The translations under genes and the position numbers were made by a program. The notes under the pieces are model-generated. The model was not told where the DNA came from. It worked only from the letters and a program-made list of their open reading frames with translations, and made no database searches. This document shows positions 1 to 14,968 of a DNA stretch of 64,000 bases, piece by piece. This DNA comes from Sphagnum compactum (lineage: Eukaryota), in NCBI GenBank assembly GCA_965153455.1, contig OZ234494.1, positions 2,356,001 to 2,420,000 of the forward strand, given 5' to 3'. The number at the start of each line of letters is the position of its first letter. The stretch's first letter is position 1.

Positions 1-2259
1 AAAGCACCTTATATCCATGAATAGTCCTCCTAGAAAAGAGGAGGGATCTTACACAGAAATAGGCGCAATGTCCCTCTCTCACTCTTAAGGAGTTGGTGTA
101 ACCCTAAACCCTAAATTTTGCTCTAGCCTTTTTTTTTCGGGGGTCATTTCGTATGTTAATTGTGGTAGAGTCACTATTGTCAAGAAAGAACACACAAGAA
201 AATAAAGAATGGAGAGTGAATTGATTTTTTTAAATTATGAAAACATTAAGGCATATGTTTCAAGATTCATTAGATGGCTTTTGTTACTCTCTAGAAATAG
301 ACAAGCTCATTTGCACATATATAAGTTTTAGTTATATAATTTGGATTTACATCCATTCAGTATTTAGCAACAACTAGGTATTTTTATCGATTATGTGCCT
401 AAATAGACAAATTATTATTTTAATTATCATTGATCTGGTGATAGAGCAATGGATATCTATAGTGAGATTGTTGTGATAATATGGTATGCTTTGCATAAGC
501 AAAACTAGACAAAGATTCTCGATATGTTGGTTCAAGAGTGTCTTCCTAACCAATAATGGTCACATTTTCAAAAAGTTGGAACATATTATTCTATAAGGAA
601 AAGCTATGAGTCCAAATTGCAATTACTTGGGTGTAGTTGTTGGAGATAGTTCACATATAGAGTTTAGTAAGTGTTGAGTGGAAGGATGGAGGGATACAAA
701 GAGCTTTATATGAAACTCCAAATCTAAGAGAAAACCTTCTCACACAAGATCTTTCAATTGTTTATGATAGTACCTCTTCTAGACCTTATGCAAATACATT
801 GAGGGAGAGGTTGGCTTTAAGCAAAAATGAAAAACACCATTGCACATTTAGTGTAACAAAATTCCAAATCTCAACAACATTCAAAAGTTTGGTTGTAACA
901 CTTTTGTTCATGTGCTTATAGTGTTCACTTGTAACCAAGAAGGAGCTTAAGAGTTTTATTTCCTAGATGGATAGTCATGACAACTATAAGATGCACCAAT
1001 TATGCAAAATCCATCTATTGCACCAATTCACAAACCCATTGCATTCCCTCATATCTAACCTTCAACATATCTATTAGTTCTTGGTGTTATCCTTCATTTG
1101 AGTAAACCTACCCACATTGGGTTGCAAAGAAGGCAATGTGTAGTGGAAATTTTATGAACCACTCCTCTTAACCGTAGCCTAAGGCTTGACTTGAGAATTA
1201 TTTATCTTCCTATTGAATCTTAAGAAACCAACATTAACATTAGGAGTACGTCCATTTTTAAAAAAATAGAAAAACAAACCTAGAGCCATCACAAACACAC
1301 ACACATGCCTTAGTTATTCATTACTCAAACCTTATTACATGTTCCTTCTTGTATAGATTCATGTCCAACCCTCCATTGATACTCTACAAAAATGGCTATA
1401 TCATGCCCAATCCATCAACCCTAAACTATTATGCTACTTCTCTAAAAACATGTGTTCTTCCAAATCTCCACACAATTGGCTAAATTGTGTCCAACTTCTA
1501 GCACCAAAAATACTCCATTCTACTTAAAACTACGTATCTCAAGTTTTCTCCACACCCACCTTCTTCGACGTGCTTCCTTTTTTCATTTTTCACACCCACA
1601 ATCCAAAAGTTTTTTCAACAAGCTTGCATGCATTCATTAATTTCCATCATCGAACATGGATTCCACACCATAAAATTCTCCAAAACATTCCAAAAACAAT
1701 AATAAAAAATAAAATTTATCTATGGGACAATCTCTTTAACCCAATTTTCAAAGAATAAATTGCAAACTTACTTTGGTGTTACATAGATAAATTAATACGC
1801 CCTTGAATACCTATTAAGTGTAATAAAAGGTATTAAGTGGTTATGAATGGCAAGAAAGTAAAATAATCATTATTTGTAACATCTACAAAAATGATGACCC
1901 ACATGGAGGGAATGTTTTCCATCAACTGTATTCATGTTTTTTAAAATAAAACTAACGAGACACCTTATGTGTCAACTAGTGCGTTGTATTTACGTAACTA
2001 TTTCTTTATGGTATTAGAGCAAGGTTCCAAGAAGGGTTAAAGGGTGAACGCTTTGGTTCATGAGAAAAAGTTTTGTAAAAGGAAAGAGATTCAATGAAAA
2101 GAGGATTAACATGAAGCTTGAAGTTTCATTCTTTGTCAAAGAATGATTGTGATCAAAATGTTGCAAAGGTACTTAATCTCTAGCAAGGGAACTATTGATA
2201 ATGATATTCTTATTTTGACACTTCTTTTGAGGAAAAAAAAAATAGTAACTAATAATGGC

Positions 2260-4750
2260 CAACAAAGATTGTCTTGTATTTGAAACAAACAAGTTGAATG
2301 AAATTCTTCTATTGCAAATTATCACACTTGGAGTTTCAAACATTTTCATGAGAAAAGCGTTGTGGAAAGTTGTAGATCCAAACAATATTTAGACATACCA
2401 CTAAAAGAATGGGAGGCAACCCAAGAAAAACTTCAAATCAAGGCATTGAACATCATTAATCTATTTGTTAAAGGTGATATTTTTGGGGTCATAACACATT
2501 TCCAAGACCCTTGGAAAGGTTGGACAACTCAAAAAAAGACATCAAGTCAAAAACTTTGGACTCAACTATATCAGAAATTCCATATGTGAATCATGCATGA
2601 CCCATGGCATGACGATGGTGGACCTAATACCAAATATTAGCAATTTGCAAATGTAATTGCTAGGCATTGGTGAAATAAGTCAATAAATATGACATTATTA
2701 TGAGGTTACTTATGTTCTCATTGTCATTAGAGTTCAATAGTATTGTACAAGCAATAAGTAGTGAAAGGCGATTTCTATTTTCAACAAGATGTCGAAAAAA
2801 CTCATGTGTAAGAAAAAAATTGAATCTAGTTGTAGACCAATATCAGAGGCAAGGTTCACATTCAAAAATAATAATGGTATGAACAAATAAGCCATCTTTC
2901 AATGCTACAAGATATTAATGTGGAACACACAATAAAAGAGCTAATGGGGACAATAAAAACCAATCAATCCTTGCAATTATTGTGGCAAGTTTGGGCACCT
3001 CACAAGGATTTATGATGAGTTTCAAAATAAAGTTACACATTGCCTCAAAAAAAGAAAAATGTGAGCAAGAACTTTGTAGGAGGAAGACTATAAAAGAAAA
3101 TTGTTAAAAGAAAAAGACCATGTCAAATAAAATATAGCTTATAACACTAAGAACACAATCAATGCATGCAATGAAAAAAACAAAGAAGTTGTTGACATAT
3201 TTGATGTAGCCATTAGTGTTCTAGACATAGAGAGAGGTTAGGAATGGTGGGTAAAAACATTTTTTGGTGGCCCAAAAGTAGCATGTGAGAATCTAGATTT
3301 TACATTTCCTAAAATTATTGCAACATGATAAAATTAGCTAATAAGAGCCACTTGGAAAATAAACAATTTTTTTTCAACAAGTTTATAAATCTTATAAACT
3401 AAGATAATGTCGAAAATGTGTGTTGTATATGTAAAATGTCATTTTTGATATATCAATTTAGCATTTGGATAAGTTTGAAATTAATTCAATAAATATAAAA
3501 TATGTTTCAATGTGTTTTAAAGCCCATAACTATTGATTTTTAGCATGATGAAACAATGTAAAAAAAATTCAAAGCATTGTCATGTATCACTATCTTATGA
3601 CTTTTTGATTAATCCCATGCTACCACATTAGCTTGCCATGATTGGTCACAATTGACTCAAGAGGTATTGATTGCTCCTATTACCTTGATTTTACCCTAAT
3701 ACACTAGATGCAAACTTTTAAATGGTAGCACAAGGAAAGAAAATTAACAAGCATGGGATTTATTAGTTTGAATGGATTCAATTTGATTTTGAATCATTTC
3801 AAGAACAAATTTTTTCCATTTTTTCAATCACAAAAAATGGGTTTTCTATAGTTAACATCCTTATGGCAAGAACATCTAGTTCATTTTAACATGTAAAATT
3901 TGCACTACATGACAAATATGGAAATGGTGGATGACATGCCAAGATTGTTAATCATCATGAATTCTGTGTGCTTAAGCTAAACGACACCAAGAGAAGGTGT
4001 CAAGTACAAATGAACATAGTTCAACAAGAAGGTTTGATCTTATTCACTTTTTATTTATGTGGCCCAATACCAATACACTTATTGTTGAAAGCAAGTTATT
4101 TTCTGACTTTCACTAATGATTATAATTGTCACACTTGGGTGTTTTTTTTTTAAGCATAAAAGAAGAGACTTTAAAAGCTTTTGAGTAATTCAAGGCATGC
4201 CATAGGTGGAACCTCAAAGGTCAATCCATGGAAATTAAATAAAATGTGAATTGATAGGGATGATGAATACCACTCCAAGTAATTCAAAGTTCATCTTGTT
4301 GAACATGGCATTTGGAAAAGAATTAACTCAAACAAAAATTCCCCTTCAAAGTCAAGTTTTTAAAAGGAATCAAATGTTCCTAGAAAAAAGGAAACGTAAT
4401 TTAGCCCTAGAGACAAATGTAGCTATGTTCTTATCAACAAATGCCATCAACATAACCAGTTTTTTAGTTAATTGGTTTTGTACAAAACCTTATTCTAACA
4501 CAATACATGCATAACAATTCATTGGTAAAAAGTCAAACCTATAAGCAATCTAACATTAGTTGAATGCATTGCTTATGTTCATATATATAGGTCCTTGAAG
4601 TCTATGGAAAGAAGTTTGAGCCAAAATCCAAGGCATATGTTTTTATAAGCTATAATCAATAGATTAAAACATGTACATGTTACACAACCTTGAACTATGA
4701 ATGGTACACATATCAATGGAGATGTGAGATTTTATGAACATTGATTGTAC
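2260..4750 (+). mobile_element. Degenerate Ty1/copia LTR-retrotransposon remnant (gag and integrase fragments)
   Basis: Frame-broken peptides match copia polyprotein motifs. N-terminal gag: NYHTWSFK / FMRKALWKVVDP (~2315-2380). UBN2-type gag: KALNIINLFVKGDIFGVITHFQDPWKGW (ORF 2362-2589). Integrase core: LCGPIP...YFLTFTNDYNCHTWVFFF (ORF 3968-4153), then DRDDEY..HGI (~4253-4310). Post-integrase stretch: CIAYVHI / KKFEPKSKAYVFISY (~4565-4655). Many stops and frameshifts; boundaries approximate. Confidence 0.75.
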
Positions 4751-5009
4751 TACTCCAAAGAGACAAAAAAAAATGTAAGTCCAACACAAAGCACTATTGA
4801 ACGTAGGGGGTTTATCTACGCTTGACATGGACTCTTATTACTACATCAATTGCACCAATTGTTATGCCACAACCTTAAAAGTAAACACCAACTTTAACAC
4901 TTGAGAACTCCTCACACGATCTTGAAACATGTGCTTCAACTCAATTTATAAAACATATTTTTCAATTAGTGTATGCTCCACTAGAAGAAATCTTTTTTAA
5001 GTGTTTATG

Positions 5010-5890
5010 AAAGGAAGTTAAATGCTTCTAAGTGGAATTGGGTTGAACAATGGCTTGAGACTTGGAGTGTGCACGAGATTACAAACACATTCCCAAATAA
5101 AGTGGGAGTGTGTGGAAATTTTAAAAACACTAACAAAAAATGAAAGTCGAAAATCCTAAAGTGTCTTAAATTTTTGGATCAAGATTCAAGGACCAAACCT
5201 TGTTTAAATTGAACTTTTTTAGACCATGGGAAAGTTTGTGCATATTAATAAAATGGGGTAAAATCCCAAGACAAGGATTTATCTAGTAATAATAATATTG
5301 TTCATTTGAAAGGTTGGAAGTCAAATTGCTAAAATGACTACTAACCATTTAAATGACAAATTGAAAGGTCAAATCACCTTTGATCAATAAACTTGATATG
5401 TTGTTGAAAATCTCATTCCAAGGATTATAATTTTCCTTTGAAATATTTCAATTTGGATGTGAATTAAGAAATTTACAAGCCTTTAAAGTTGTGGGACTCA
5501 TAACTTGTCAATTTTGGGAATTCCCCTTATGAAAATTTCAGGAAAATTCATTTTGATACCTCCATACAAAGTTGAATATATTATAGGGAGAGGATTGATG
5601 TTTTCGCCCAAGTTTGAATGTTGGTCAATCTTGTGAATCCATGTTAACTTGTTGCTTGTCCATGTACCAATTTAATTCGTAATTGCTTTCTTATTTTGGT
5701 TTTTGCAATTTGATGTGACAATGAACTTGAATTGAAGAGCTTATCATAATCCCATTGTGGAATTCCCACACAACCTTCTTGTATTGATGTGTGGAACTAA
5801 GGATTGCAACCATGGCTTAAATTTTTTTGCACATCACTTATAAAAAAATTGACCCTAATACCTTGTGACAAGTCTTTGGGGATGCTACAA
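5010..5890. mobile_element. Highly decayed dispersed repeat, probably a solo-LTR-like element
   Basis: Non-coding ~0.9 kb block ending ...ctttggggatgctaca. It resembles, from memory only, an abundant moss LTR-like repeat family. Not verifiable within this window. Confidence 0.3.
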
Positions 5891-8800
5891 AAGATCCATG
5901 ATTCCTTGATGATTGAAGCCATGATTAGAAGTTATGCATACTACATGATCTTTATTTCTCCATAAATACTAGTCATAACGGAACTTTTGAAATCACACAT
6001 GTGCCTTTTACATTGTAATTTATCTTTACAACTTATAAACATATTGACAAAGTCCTTGGGCAACATTATTCATGAAGAATTTAGGAGTAACATAGGCATT
6101 ATGTCTAGATCTATGATATATTATGTGTTATAAGATTAATATTATGGCTAATGGGTGATAGTTCAATTTCTGTATTACAAATGTACTTGTCATTGATAGA
6201 CTTAACACACTTCTACATAACCCAATTGTATATTTGGTAATGGCCATTAGGAGAATCTAATCAAATATTGTTTTTAACCAGTACACAACCAAATCAATAT
6301 TTTCAAATTTGAATGGAATTGAATTGAATTTTCATAACAATTCATACTTATATATTCATCCTTGGATCATCATTAATAACGTGTAGTAGTTTAGAGCTTG
6401 AGTTTTTTTATGAAAAGGCAATTAGAATGGCCAATGGGAAATTTCCCATGGGATGTGAAAGGAAAAATTAAAGGATGATCAAGATGCATTGATTAGGTGA
6501 AATGACTCAAATGTTATTGGCCAAAGTGTTAAAATTTGGAATGTTAAAAGGCAAATAGAATGGCTAGTATGATGAAGGGGCATTGTTTTGTGGAAAAAAC
6601 CAAATTGTAGTTTTAATTAATTTATAACGATGAAAATCATTATATATTCAATTGTTTTGCTATGTTGGTTTGAAATTTATGAAATGACCACCATGCACAT
6701 CACCTTGTCAAGAGTTTTCTAATGATGCCAAAAGCATAACAAGGGGCCTTACAAGTGAAGAGAATTAAAGCATGGTCATAAACAAAACAAACATATAAAT
6801 CTTAATATATAGATGTGATAAGTAGGTAAAAGTCGATTGTATCAAGGTATTCAATTGAGGAATCAACTTGAAGGAAGGTAATAACTTGTATACAAAATCC
6901 AACCATTTGTCATCCCACATTTTCATATGTATTTTCTAGGGAGAAAGATTGTTAATATTATTTCAAATTTCTAAAATCACCACCATTGAAAGATGAACTT
7001 ATACTTTTCAAATAGTTTCCAAGTTTAGTTCCCTTAAAAAATAAAATAAAATAAAATTGTGGGAAAACCTAAATATTTTGTAGTTAAAAGAGGTTTAAAT
7101 AGTTTTTAAAAGCTAAAATTTAATGGAAAAATGTTGAATATATACAAAATATCATTTCATACAACTTGTTGCCCATCAAAGTTGAACCTTGAGAAATACG
7201 AGCCAAAGTACTAACATGCACAAACACGCCATGTGAGATGGATGATATAAGAAAAATGGGCCAAAGTATTAACACGCACAAGCACACCATGTGAGATGGA
7301 TGATATGCAAACAAGAAACGTTTTTTCATTATAATTATATCCCACATCTAACAATCATATTTAACTATGTGATAACCATCCACATGCATCTACTTATCTA
7401 ATCATCACAAAGTGCATAAACTATTTACTTACCTACATAGCAACCACTTACATTACCTACCTACATACCCACTTATTATATAGATGATTATCTAAGTAAA
7501 GGAGGGAGGGTGTAGAAGTTTTTTTATATAGGTGATTACCTAAGGAAGGTGTAGAAGTTTCTTTCAACTAAGCTGTTATAATTACAATTACACACATTGT
7601 TATTTGCAATCGTAACAACTTAATCAAAAGCCAAATGCAACTTATTTTTCTTGTTGCATGGATAGGCACTTTCCATTAGAGGATCGCATTTGGGTTGGAA
7701 ATATGTAGATAATTAATGTTAAGAACATTTCATATGTAGGAAACTTTTTTGAAAACTTTAAAAAACCTATCTTTTCATTTTAAAATGTCAAATGTCACCT
7801 TCTAATTATTCATGATTTGATTCACAATTCATGCAGCTTTGCACATGGTCAATGTTTGACTTGTAAAATTGCGAGGTGAGTTTGGGGATAGCTAAATGCA
7901 ACAAATGTACTGAAAAAAGATCAAAACCAAATGGAAAGTCTATTATTTTACTCTTCCTATAATGTCAAGGTTTCATGCTTAATGACAAAGGAAAAAGACC
8001 TTCAAAAGTCCTACTTATATGTGTTCTCAAAAGTAACCTCCTCAACTCCCATAACTACCAAAACTAAAAGATGGAAAATAACCCACAAAAATTCAAAATT
8101 GACCGTGCCATCATTTTCTTAAAACCTAACTTCCAAAATGTAACCTAAAAGGTCATTAACTACAACAAAAGTTTTTCCCCCAAGACCATGGGGTTTTAGC
8201 TTGGCATTAAATCTAATTGGAGCAAATCACATAACAAATCAACAATAATGTTGATTATGTTGGAAATGTGAGATAAACAAAGTTTACAAACAAATTTTCA
8301 TTGTGTTAAATATGCAAGTCATCAATAAAATTGGAATTAGAGTGGCGAATTTAATTCCCCTCTTCCTTTAGTAATTACATAGGTTTTAAATAAGCATGTT
8401 TATAAGGAAAAAATGTTGTATTTGTGCCAAAGTCACAATTAACATGAATAGGGTAGGGTGAAAATCCTTTAAGGTGTACCACACATGACGAAAAGGGCCT
8501 CATCCTTATTGTAATCCTTTTTTACTTTATATTTTGAACCCTATAATAAATAAAGAATCAAAAGTTGTCAAAAATTCCAGAAGAATTATATTTTAAACTA
8601 TTACAATTCAAGATTCCATCATAATCATTCATAAATGAATCTTTACATAATAAAAAAGGACTAAGTAAAAAAGATAGAAAAAGGTGACATTATCACAAGA
8701 TTTTGGTACACCTTAAAAATTTTGCACCCAATAATGTTCCTTTGTATTTATTGAAAGGCGTTAGGAGTTAGATGAGGTTTTCCATCTTATATATTTTTGT

Positions 8801-9231
8801 CTAGGTGTTCATCTTGGAATTAAATGCACAAATTGGGAATGCCTAAGGGGCCAAATATTGGGTCTTGTGATTGGGATTGTGATGGATATATATGCATTAA
8901 TTTAAGGTCAACTTTCACAACGACAAAATGAAAATTTATTATTTTTTAAATTCAAATTATTTTTATATTTTGAAATACATATATATTTTCATGGTCTATA
9001 AAAATCTATTATGATATTGTCATATGAATAGCAAAATCATTCAAAATCTTAGCCTATAATAATTATGATGGTTTTTAATAGTTTAATTTCATATTTTCAA
9101 AAACATTTCAATATTTAAGGGATTATTTATTGATGCAACGAACCTTACAATAAAGTATATATATATGATATGGGTGTTCTTTGGATTTATCCAAAGTTAA
9201 TGGTTTCAAGTGAAAATTTCAAACAACTTAA

Positions 9232-10837
9232 TCCACTACCTTATAGATGAAAGAGAGTTCCCAATTTTTAAAATTTTAATTATAAGGTTATATTATCTAA
9301 TTAATAAAAAATAATTATTAATCATAAATAAAATAAATAATTATATAGATGTTAATTATTAAATTTAATAAACAAATAATTAATAATAATATTATTAATA
9401 TATCTAATAAGTAGATGAAATTATCTATTTTATTTAATTATTCTAGTTATAATTTCATTTGCTATAAGGAATATTAATTGAGATTAAATAAGAAATAATA
9501 ATAATAATAAAATTTATTGAATTATTATGTAGCCTAAGCTATCTATGCTATTAATATTCACATTACTATTTTGCTTGTGATAGCAAATTTTGAGCTCTTG
9601 TAATAAAAATTTAATATTAACAAAAAATATATTTTTATAAAACTAAATTAATTTCTACAAAATTATATATGATAATTGATTAATTTCCTTATATATTCTT
9701 ACAATTGTTTTTATACTCCATTCAATCAATAAATAACTCAAAATAATTCATAATAATAATACTATAATTACTATAAAATTTACTTTTTATCGCTTAAAAA
9801 TAAAAATTGAGTAAACAATAATAAATTATGAACTTCAAATAAAAAATTATAAATACTAAATAAAATAATATGTAGAAATCACATTAATTGTTCTGATTAT
9901 AGTAAAATTATTCAAAAATATTTATGATGTGGTATATGATGTAGTATTAATTATATATTATGTATAAATAATTATAAGAAATGGATGCTTTAATTATTCT
10001 ACTATGATCTTTTGAAACCAATTAATTACATTAATTACTCTAATAATAGTAGTATTATTAAAAAATAAAAGTCAGATTAAATGAAAAAGTTCTAAATCAG
10101 GAATAATTAATAATGTGGCAAAATTTCACCAACTGGTGAAAAAAATACCCAATGTGACCTCTACAAAGGATTTCTTTTGAAAATTTCCAGAAAATTTGCC
10201 ATATTTTTTAGATGATGAGTCCATGTAGCTTGCTTAAATTTAGGCATGATTAAAAAAAAAACTCTATTGTCCGCCTAGGGTAGTCCCCTTTTAATGCAAA
10301 TTAAAGCTAGGGATCCTCGCCAATGCACTTACGTGAGGAATTTGAAAAACAAAATCTTGATAATTAAAGTCAAATATATATATTGCTAGTTCTATAATCA
10401 AAGTATTAATAAGATAATGAAAATTATTTTAAAATATTTATTTTAATTACTATAAATTATTAATAATTAGTGTACATTTTTTGTTATAAATTATTTATTT
10501 AAAATAAATTAATATTAAAAAAATCTATGGTAATTAAATTATAATAACTACATGAATTACATGAAATAATGAAATTAAAATAAAATTATTATGAATATTT
10601 CTAATAATAATTTAAAATTAAAAAAATGAATACCAACTTGGAGTTTAAATTATATATTTATTCTAATTAATATATAAAAACTATAATTAAAGTGATTTTA
10701 TAATAATTATACATTACTTGGAGTAATTAAATTTATTATAGTTATTGGAAATTTTTATGACTATAGAATCATAATACTTTTTGTAAAAAAATACATCATG
10801 TATACATAACCCGTCGTTTGTCACATGTACATGCTAG
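9232..10837 (+). mobile_element. Non-autonomous AT-rich Helitron-like element
   Basis: Extremely AT-rich block. It starts A|TC at 9231/9232 (a|tccactaccttatag) and ends with a degenerate GC-containing palindrome (acccgtcgtttgtcacatgt, ~10809-10828), then CTAG|T at 10834-10838. This is Helitron 5'-TC / 3'-hairpin-CTRR architecture at an A|T target. Confidence 0.5.
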
Positions 10838-11199
10838 TATGCACCCATGTATTAATGAGTAGAACATATTCAATACACCATTATAAACCTATACACCTTA
10901 GAATATGTAGAATACACATTGAATACCTGTAGGGTTGCAAGTCATTTGACCCCATTTGCAACCAATGCGACATAGTTGGGTCTTCTTGGATGAAAACCAT
11001 GGTAAAAGTTGTCCAAATGTCCAAAAGTGAGCTGTTGTGTAGTTGCAAACATAACCAAATACAAAAACAAATTCTAGAAATAACCAATGAAAGCTACAAA
11101 TAGTTGTAAATAATTACCAATTGATTAGTTAAAAAAGCCCAATTTTCTTCAAGTGGTCAAGGAAACATATTGATTAAATATAGAAGTCTTAAGTTACTA

Positions 11200-13875
11200 T
11201 ATCATGCTACAACCTTTCTAAAAGTGGTTCTATTATCATAGTAAGCATTATGGCAAAAGGTTTTATCTACATAATTTGAAATGGAAGCTAGATGGAAAAT
11301 ACATGAAAATTTGGTACACTTTTTGAACTAAAAGTTGCAAATGCATTTGTCAGTAAGTTTTTGTGGAAGTAGATTTAATGGAATTCCTTCCAAGGGAGTT
11401 GAACTTTAATCCAAAAGAGGACATTTCCTTGTTATAATGGAAGGCAGATTTGCAAAACAAAAAAAATTAGTATCGATACTTTTATTTGGATTCATTAGTA
11501 AATAGGATAACACATAATATTCAAGGCATATGAGCTTGGTTAAATGTATGATGTAAAATTAATGAAAACACCGTGTATGTTGCCTTCTCATAAAGTTGCC
11601 CCAAAATTTTATAACTGCAATCCATGTCAGGATTTTGTTTCATTGTAATTTGTGATGGTATTATGGAATGGAAACGTATACAAAGTAAAACAATCTTCAG
11701 CATACATCCAAACAACCAAATCTAGATTAGTTGTTCAACCATTGTTCAATTTGGATTTGATGAAAGTGATGGTAGAAAAGGTATGTTCATCTTCAACATT
11801 CCTTGGAATAGTAATAGTTGAAAGTTCAATAATTTTGAAATATTAAAAAAATTTGTCTTTCAAAATCACATTAGAATCAAACCTTTTCCACATTTGAGTG
11901 GTTGGATTGTAGTCATGTAAGGGTTACATAATAATGTCATTGTTGAATTGTATGGTGGTCATAAATAAACTATATTGTTGCTTAAGTAAAACATTATCCC
12001 GTAAGGGTGCAGGTGATTTGCCATATAATTGAATAATCTTATGGTAAAAAATTTGAGATTAATTTATAATTTGCAAACGTTCAAAGAATGGCAATGCAAC
12101 TTTTGGTTGTACCCAATATCAAAAGTAAATAAATGATGTTAGTAACATTCATGAATTCCTACGCAAAAAAATGTCTATTAAGTTCAATTATTAAACTTTT
12201 TGCAATAGAAGTGTATTAATTCTTTACATCTTGGCATACAATAGCCCAATCCTTTTAAATGACCATGGACACAACTCTAGTGCATTTGTCAATTTCTCTG
12301 TAGCATGTAAAATTGTTCTTTGAAGCAAAATGCAACATAAGGTTTAGGGTACCAAATTATCAAATTTTAACCCCACCAAATGCACAAAACTTCGGAATTA
12401 GTTATGTGAGAAATGTTGTTGAGGGTCCACATAAAGGTTGTAGAAATCAACTTGTTTCAAAATCACAAATGTGATAATGTTTGTTTTCAACAAAATTACT
12501 TAAACTTTGCATTGCTTCCAACATTGGCATCATACATGTTAGTCCCATCATAGTTTCCACATCACATAATAATTCATAGTTTGTAGTAGCAATTAGACAA
12601 TGGGAAGATCATTAAACATTTTCATAACAAGATACGTAAATATTCACATTGTAATTATTTAGAAGGGGGCCAACATTGAAATCCTCTATGTTCAGATGTT
12701 TTCCAAAAATTTTAACCTTTTCATTCAATTACTTCTACCAATTTGGTGCACTTTAAATGTTTTTTTGGGGATTAGTGGTAGTAGGTGTACATAGATGAAA
12801 GTAAATCCTCAATCTTCATAACAAGGCTAAGGGATGATAAAATCTAGACAACAAGATTACACCAATGTGCCATATAATGAATTATAAGGAAGAATGTAGT
12901 GTTTATTAATCAATTGGATAGTCACACATTGGTCTTCAAGCCTTGGAATGTTGTTACATTATTAACCTAAAAACAAACCACTTTGTTAGCAAGGCCAACT
13001 TTTGGCATCCCACCAAAAACAACAAGAAAACTAATAATTACATTAATGAGGTTGTTAGATGTACCTCCACTTATAATTCTTTCAAGATTAAAAAGAATTG
13101 GCACCTTGCACCAATTATCAATAACATAAATGTGAACATAAATTTAGGATTAGTTGTCTACAATGGTGATAATTGATTAAAATGAAATTAACATGTTGGA
13201 CCATCAATACAATTTGTTTCATTATGACATTCTGCATGGAAACTACCATATCTCAACGTCTTGAGTTTATTTGGAATGTTTCTTAGGTGTGTATGGTGTA
13301 CTTTCAAAAAGTCAAATATACCTTTCATATGTTCAAAATTAGTCATGGGTCTACCATCCTTTAGTAGATGGAAAATTACCACAAATTGGACAAATTTTTC
13401 TTTCTTTTTAGCCTTCTTTTCACTGACCACAAGCTTTGCAATAAAGTGTGGACCTTGATTAACATCAACACTTTCTTTTTTTGGTGTTGGCTATCATTGC
13501 TAATATAATAATCACCCACCAAAATTCTTGGATGATGAATTAAGGCTTTTTTTTTCATACATTTTTTTGTAAACCATCCAATTTAAGGTTTAACATTTTT
13601 TCTTTACCTTCAACCATAAAACAAACCTTGTAGTGCACCATGTGGATCTTGCATGTAGGATCTACCATAGCTTCAACCTGAGGAAATTGGGCAACCCATT
13701 CATTTTTGAACACTTTATTAATATCCACCTTTTGTTTCATTTTTTTGACTAGTTCTCCAGAGGTGAAACGTTGAGTAATAAAAGTAGATGCAAATGCACC
13801 ATTGGCAAAAGTTGATTCACTTTCTGTATCTAAATGAACCAAATGAACCAAAGGTGCCACTAAAACTTGGAACAC
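11200..13875 (-). mobile_element. Degenerate hAT-superfamily (ZNF862-like) transposase relic
   Basis: Minus-strand fragments in transposase order. FKNEWVAQFPQVEAMVDPTCKIHMVHYKVCFMVEGKEKMLNLKLDGLQK (TTF-type zinc-finger-like, ORF 13555-13875). KKKEKFVQFVVIFHLLKDGRPMTNFEHMKGIFDFLKV (13188-13430). IVDNxSxIYVHIYV (~13120-13170). Many stops; the left boundary is approximate. Confidence 0.65.
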
Positions 13876-14927
13876 CCCAAGGTGCTAAACTTAACAAAAC
13901 TTGTAGCACCTTGAATTGATGCAATAATGGTTTTAATCAGTCCATGCAATCCATGGGGGTTGTTTATAATTAAATGATTTGATGACCTAAAGATGGAAAT
14001 CAACTTAAATTTTTTGGACAACTTAGAACTGGATGGAGACCTATTTAGAAAGAAACCACATTTGATAAACTTGACGATGTAACGTCAAACCCAAAGCCAA
14101 ATTGCACATTTAACAAATGCAAGTAATTATTAAAAAAAAAAAATGTTTGAAGTTCAAAAGTTTTAGAGATGGCATTAAGTGCTACATTTTACTCCATGCA
14201 CAAACAAGATGTGAAAAGGTGATAAATTGTTTCGAGTATGAACTTTGTAAGATTTTGATGCTCGTTGACAACAAAATCCTTTCAACTTTAAACCTTCAAA
14301 ATCACAAAGAAACAACGCTATAATGTGCAAAGGTAAGTGAAACATAGCCTACCTTGTAATTTTTTAAATTTTATTACATTTTAGAAATGGGGACTTAAAA
14401 TAACCTCTTGAGTCTCAACATCATTTCCATTGTTTTAGCCTTTTATCGTCTCTTACTCACAATGATCATTGGTTACCGCGACCACCACATTGGACGTTGA
14501 TTTGTTATGCACCACAAGTTACAATGTTGTAGCATTGAACACTCAAGGAACAACCATCTAAAAAATCAACGAAACTTGAAGGACCTTGGTCCCAACAACC
14601 TATTACTACATAATTTACATATGCACCTTAATTTTCAATATTTTGTAATGCTTGAGAATGTGGTGAAAATTTATAGCAAGATAATGTGTATGGCAACAAA
14701 GCTCTTCTCATTTTTGTTCTATGATGGTGAAGATGGTTGTCTTGTCATTACAAAGGTGGTGATGTTTAGAAGGTTGATTTAAAAGATTTATGGTTCATAT
14801 CTGCTCTATAGCCAAATTTGGCTAAATCTTAAAATTTTCCTGTGGATGCTTGCCACTTAGGCTACATAAAAAAACAATTGGCTCGGCTTTTCACTTATTT
14901 TACTGAGTTACTCGCTCATTCCTTTTC

Positions 14928-14968
14928 TAAACCCTAATCTTGTCCTCCTTCCTCTTCGAAACCCTAAT
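14928..14968 (+). promoter_or_regulatory. Two telo-box motifs (AAACCCTAA) at the VCS promoter/5' UTR
   Basis: taaaccctaat (~14928-14938) and aaaccctaat (~14959-14968) lie just before a CT-rich leader. A 5' UTR intron follows (GT at 15158; CAGCAG acceptor at 15534-15539). Confidence 0.5.

Noticed and set aside
9250..10790. Organellar insertion (NUMT/NUPT) as the source of the AT-rich block
   Set aside because: No tRNA, rRNA or organellar ORF is recognisable, and the ends fit a Helitron better.
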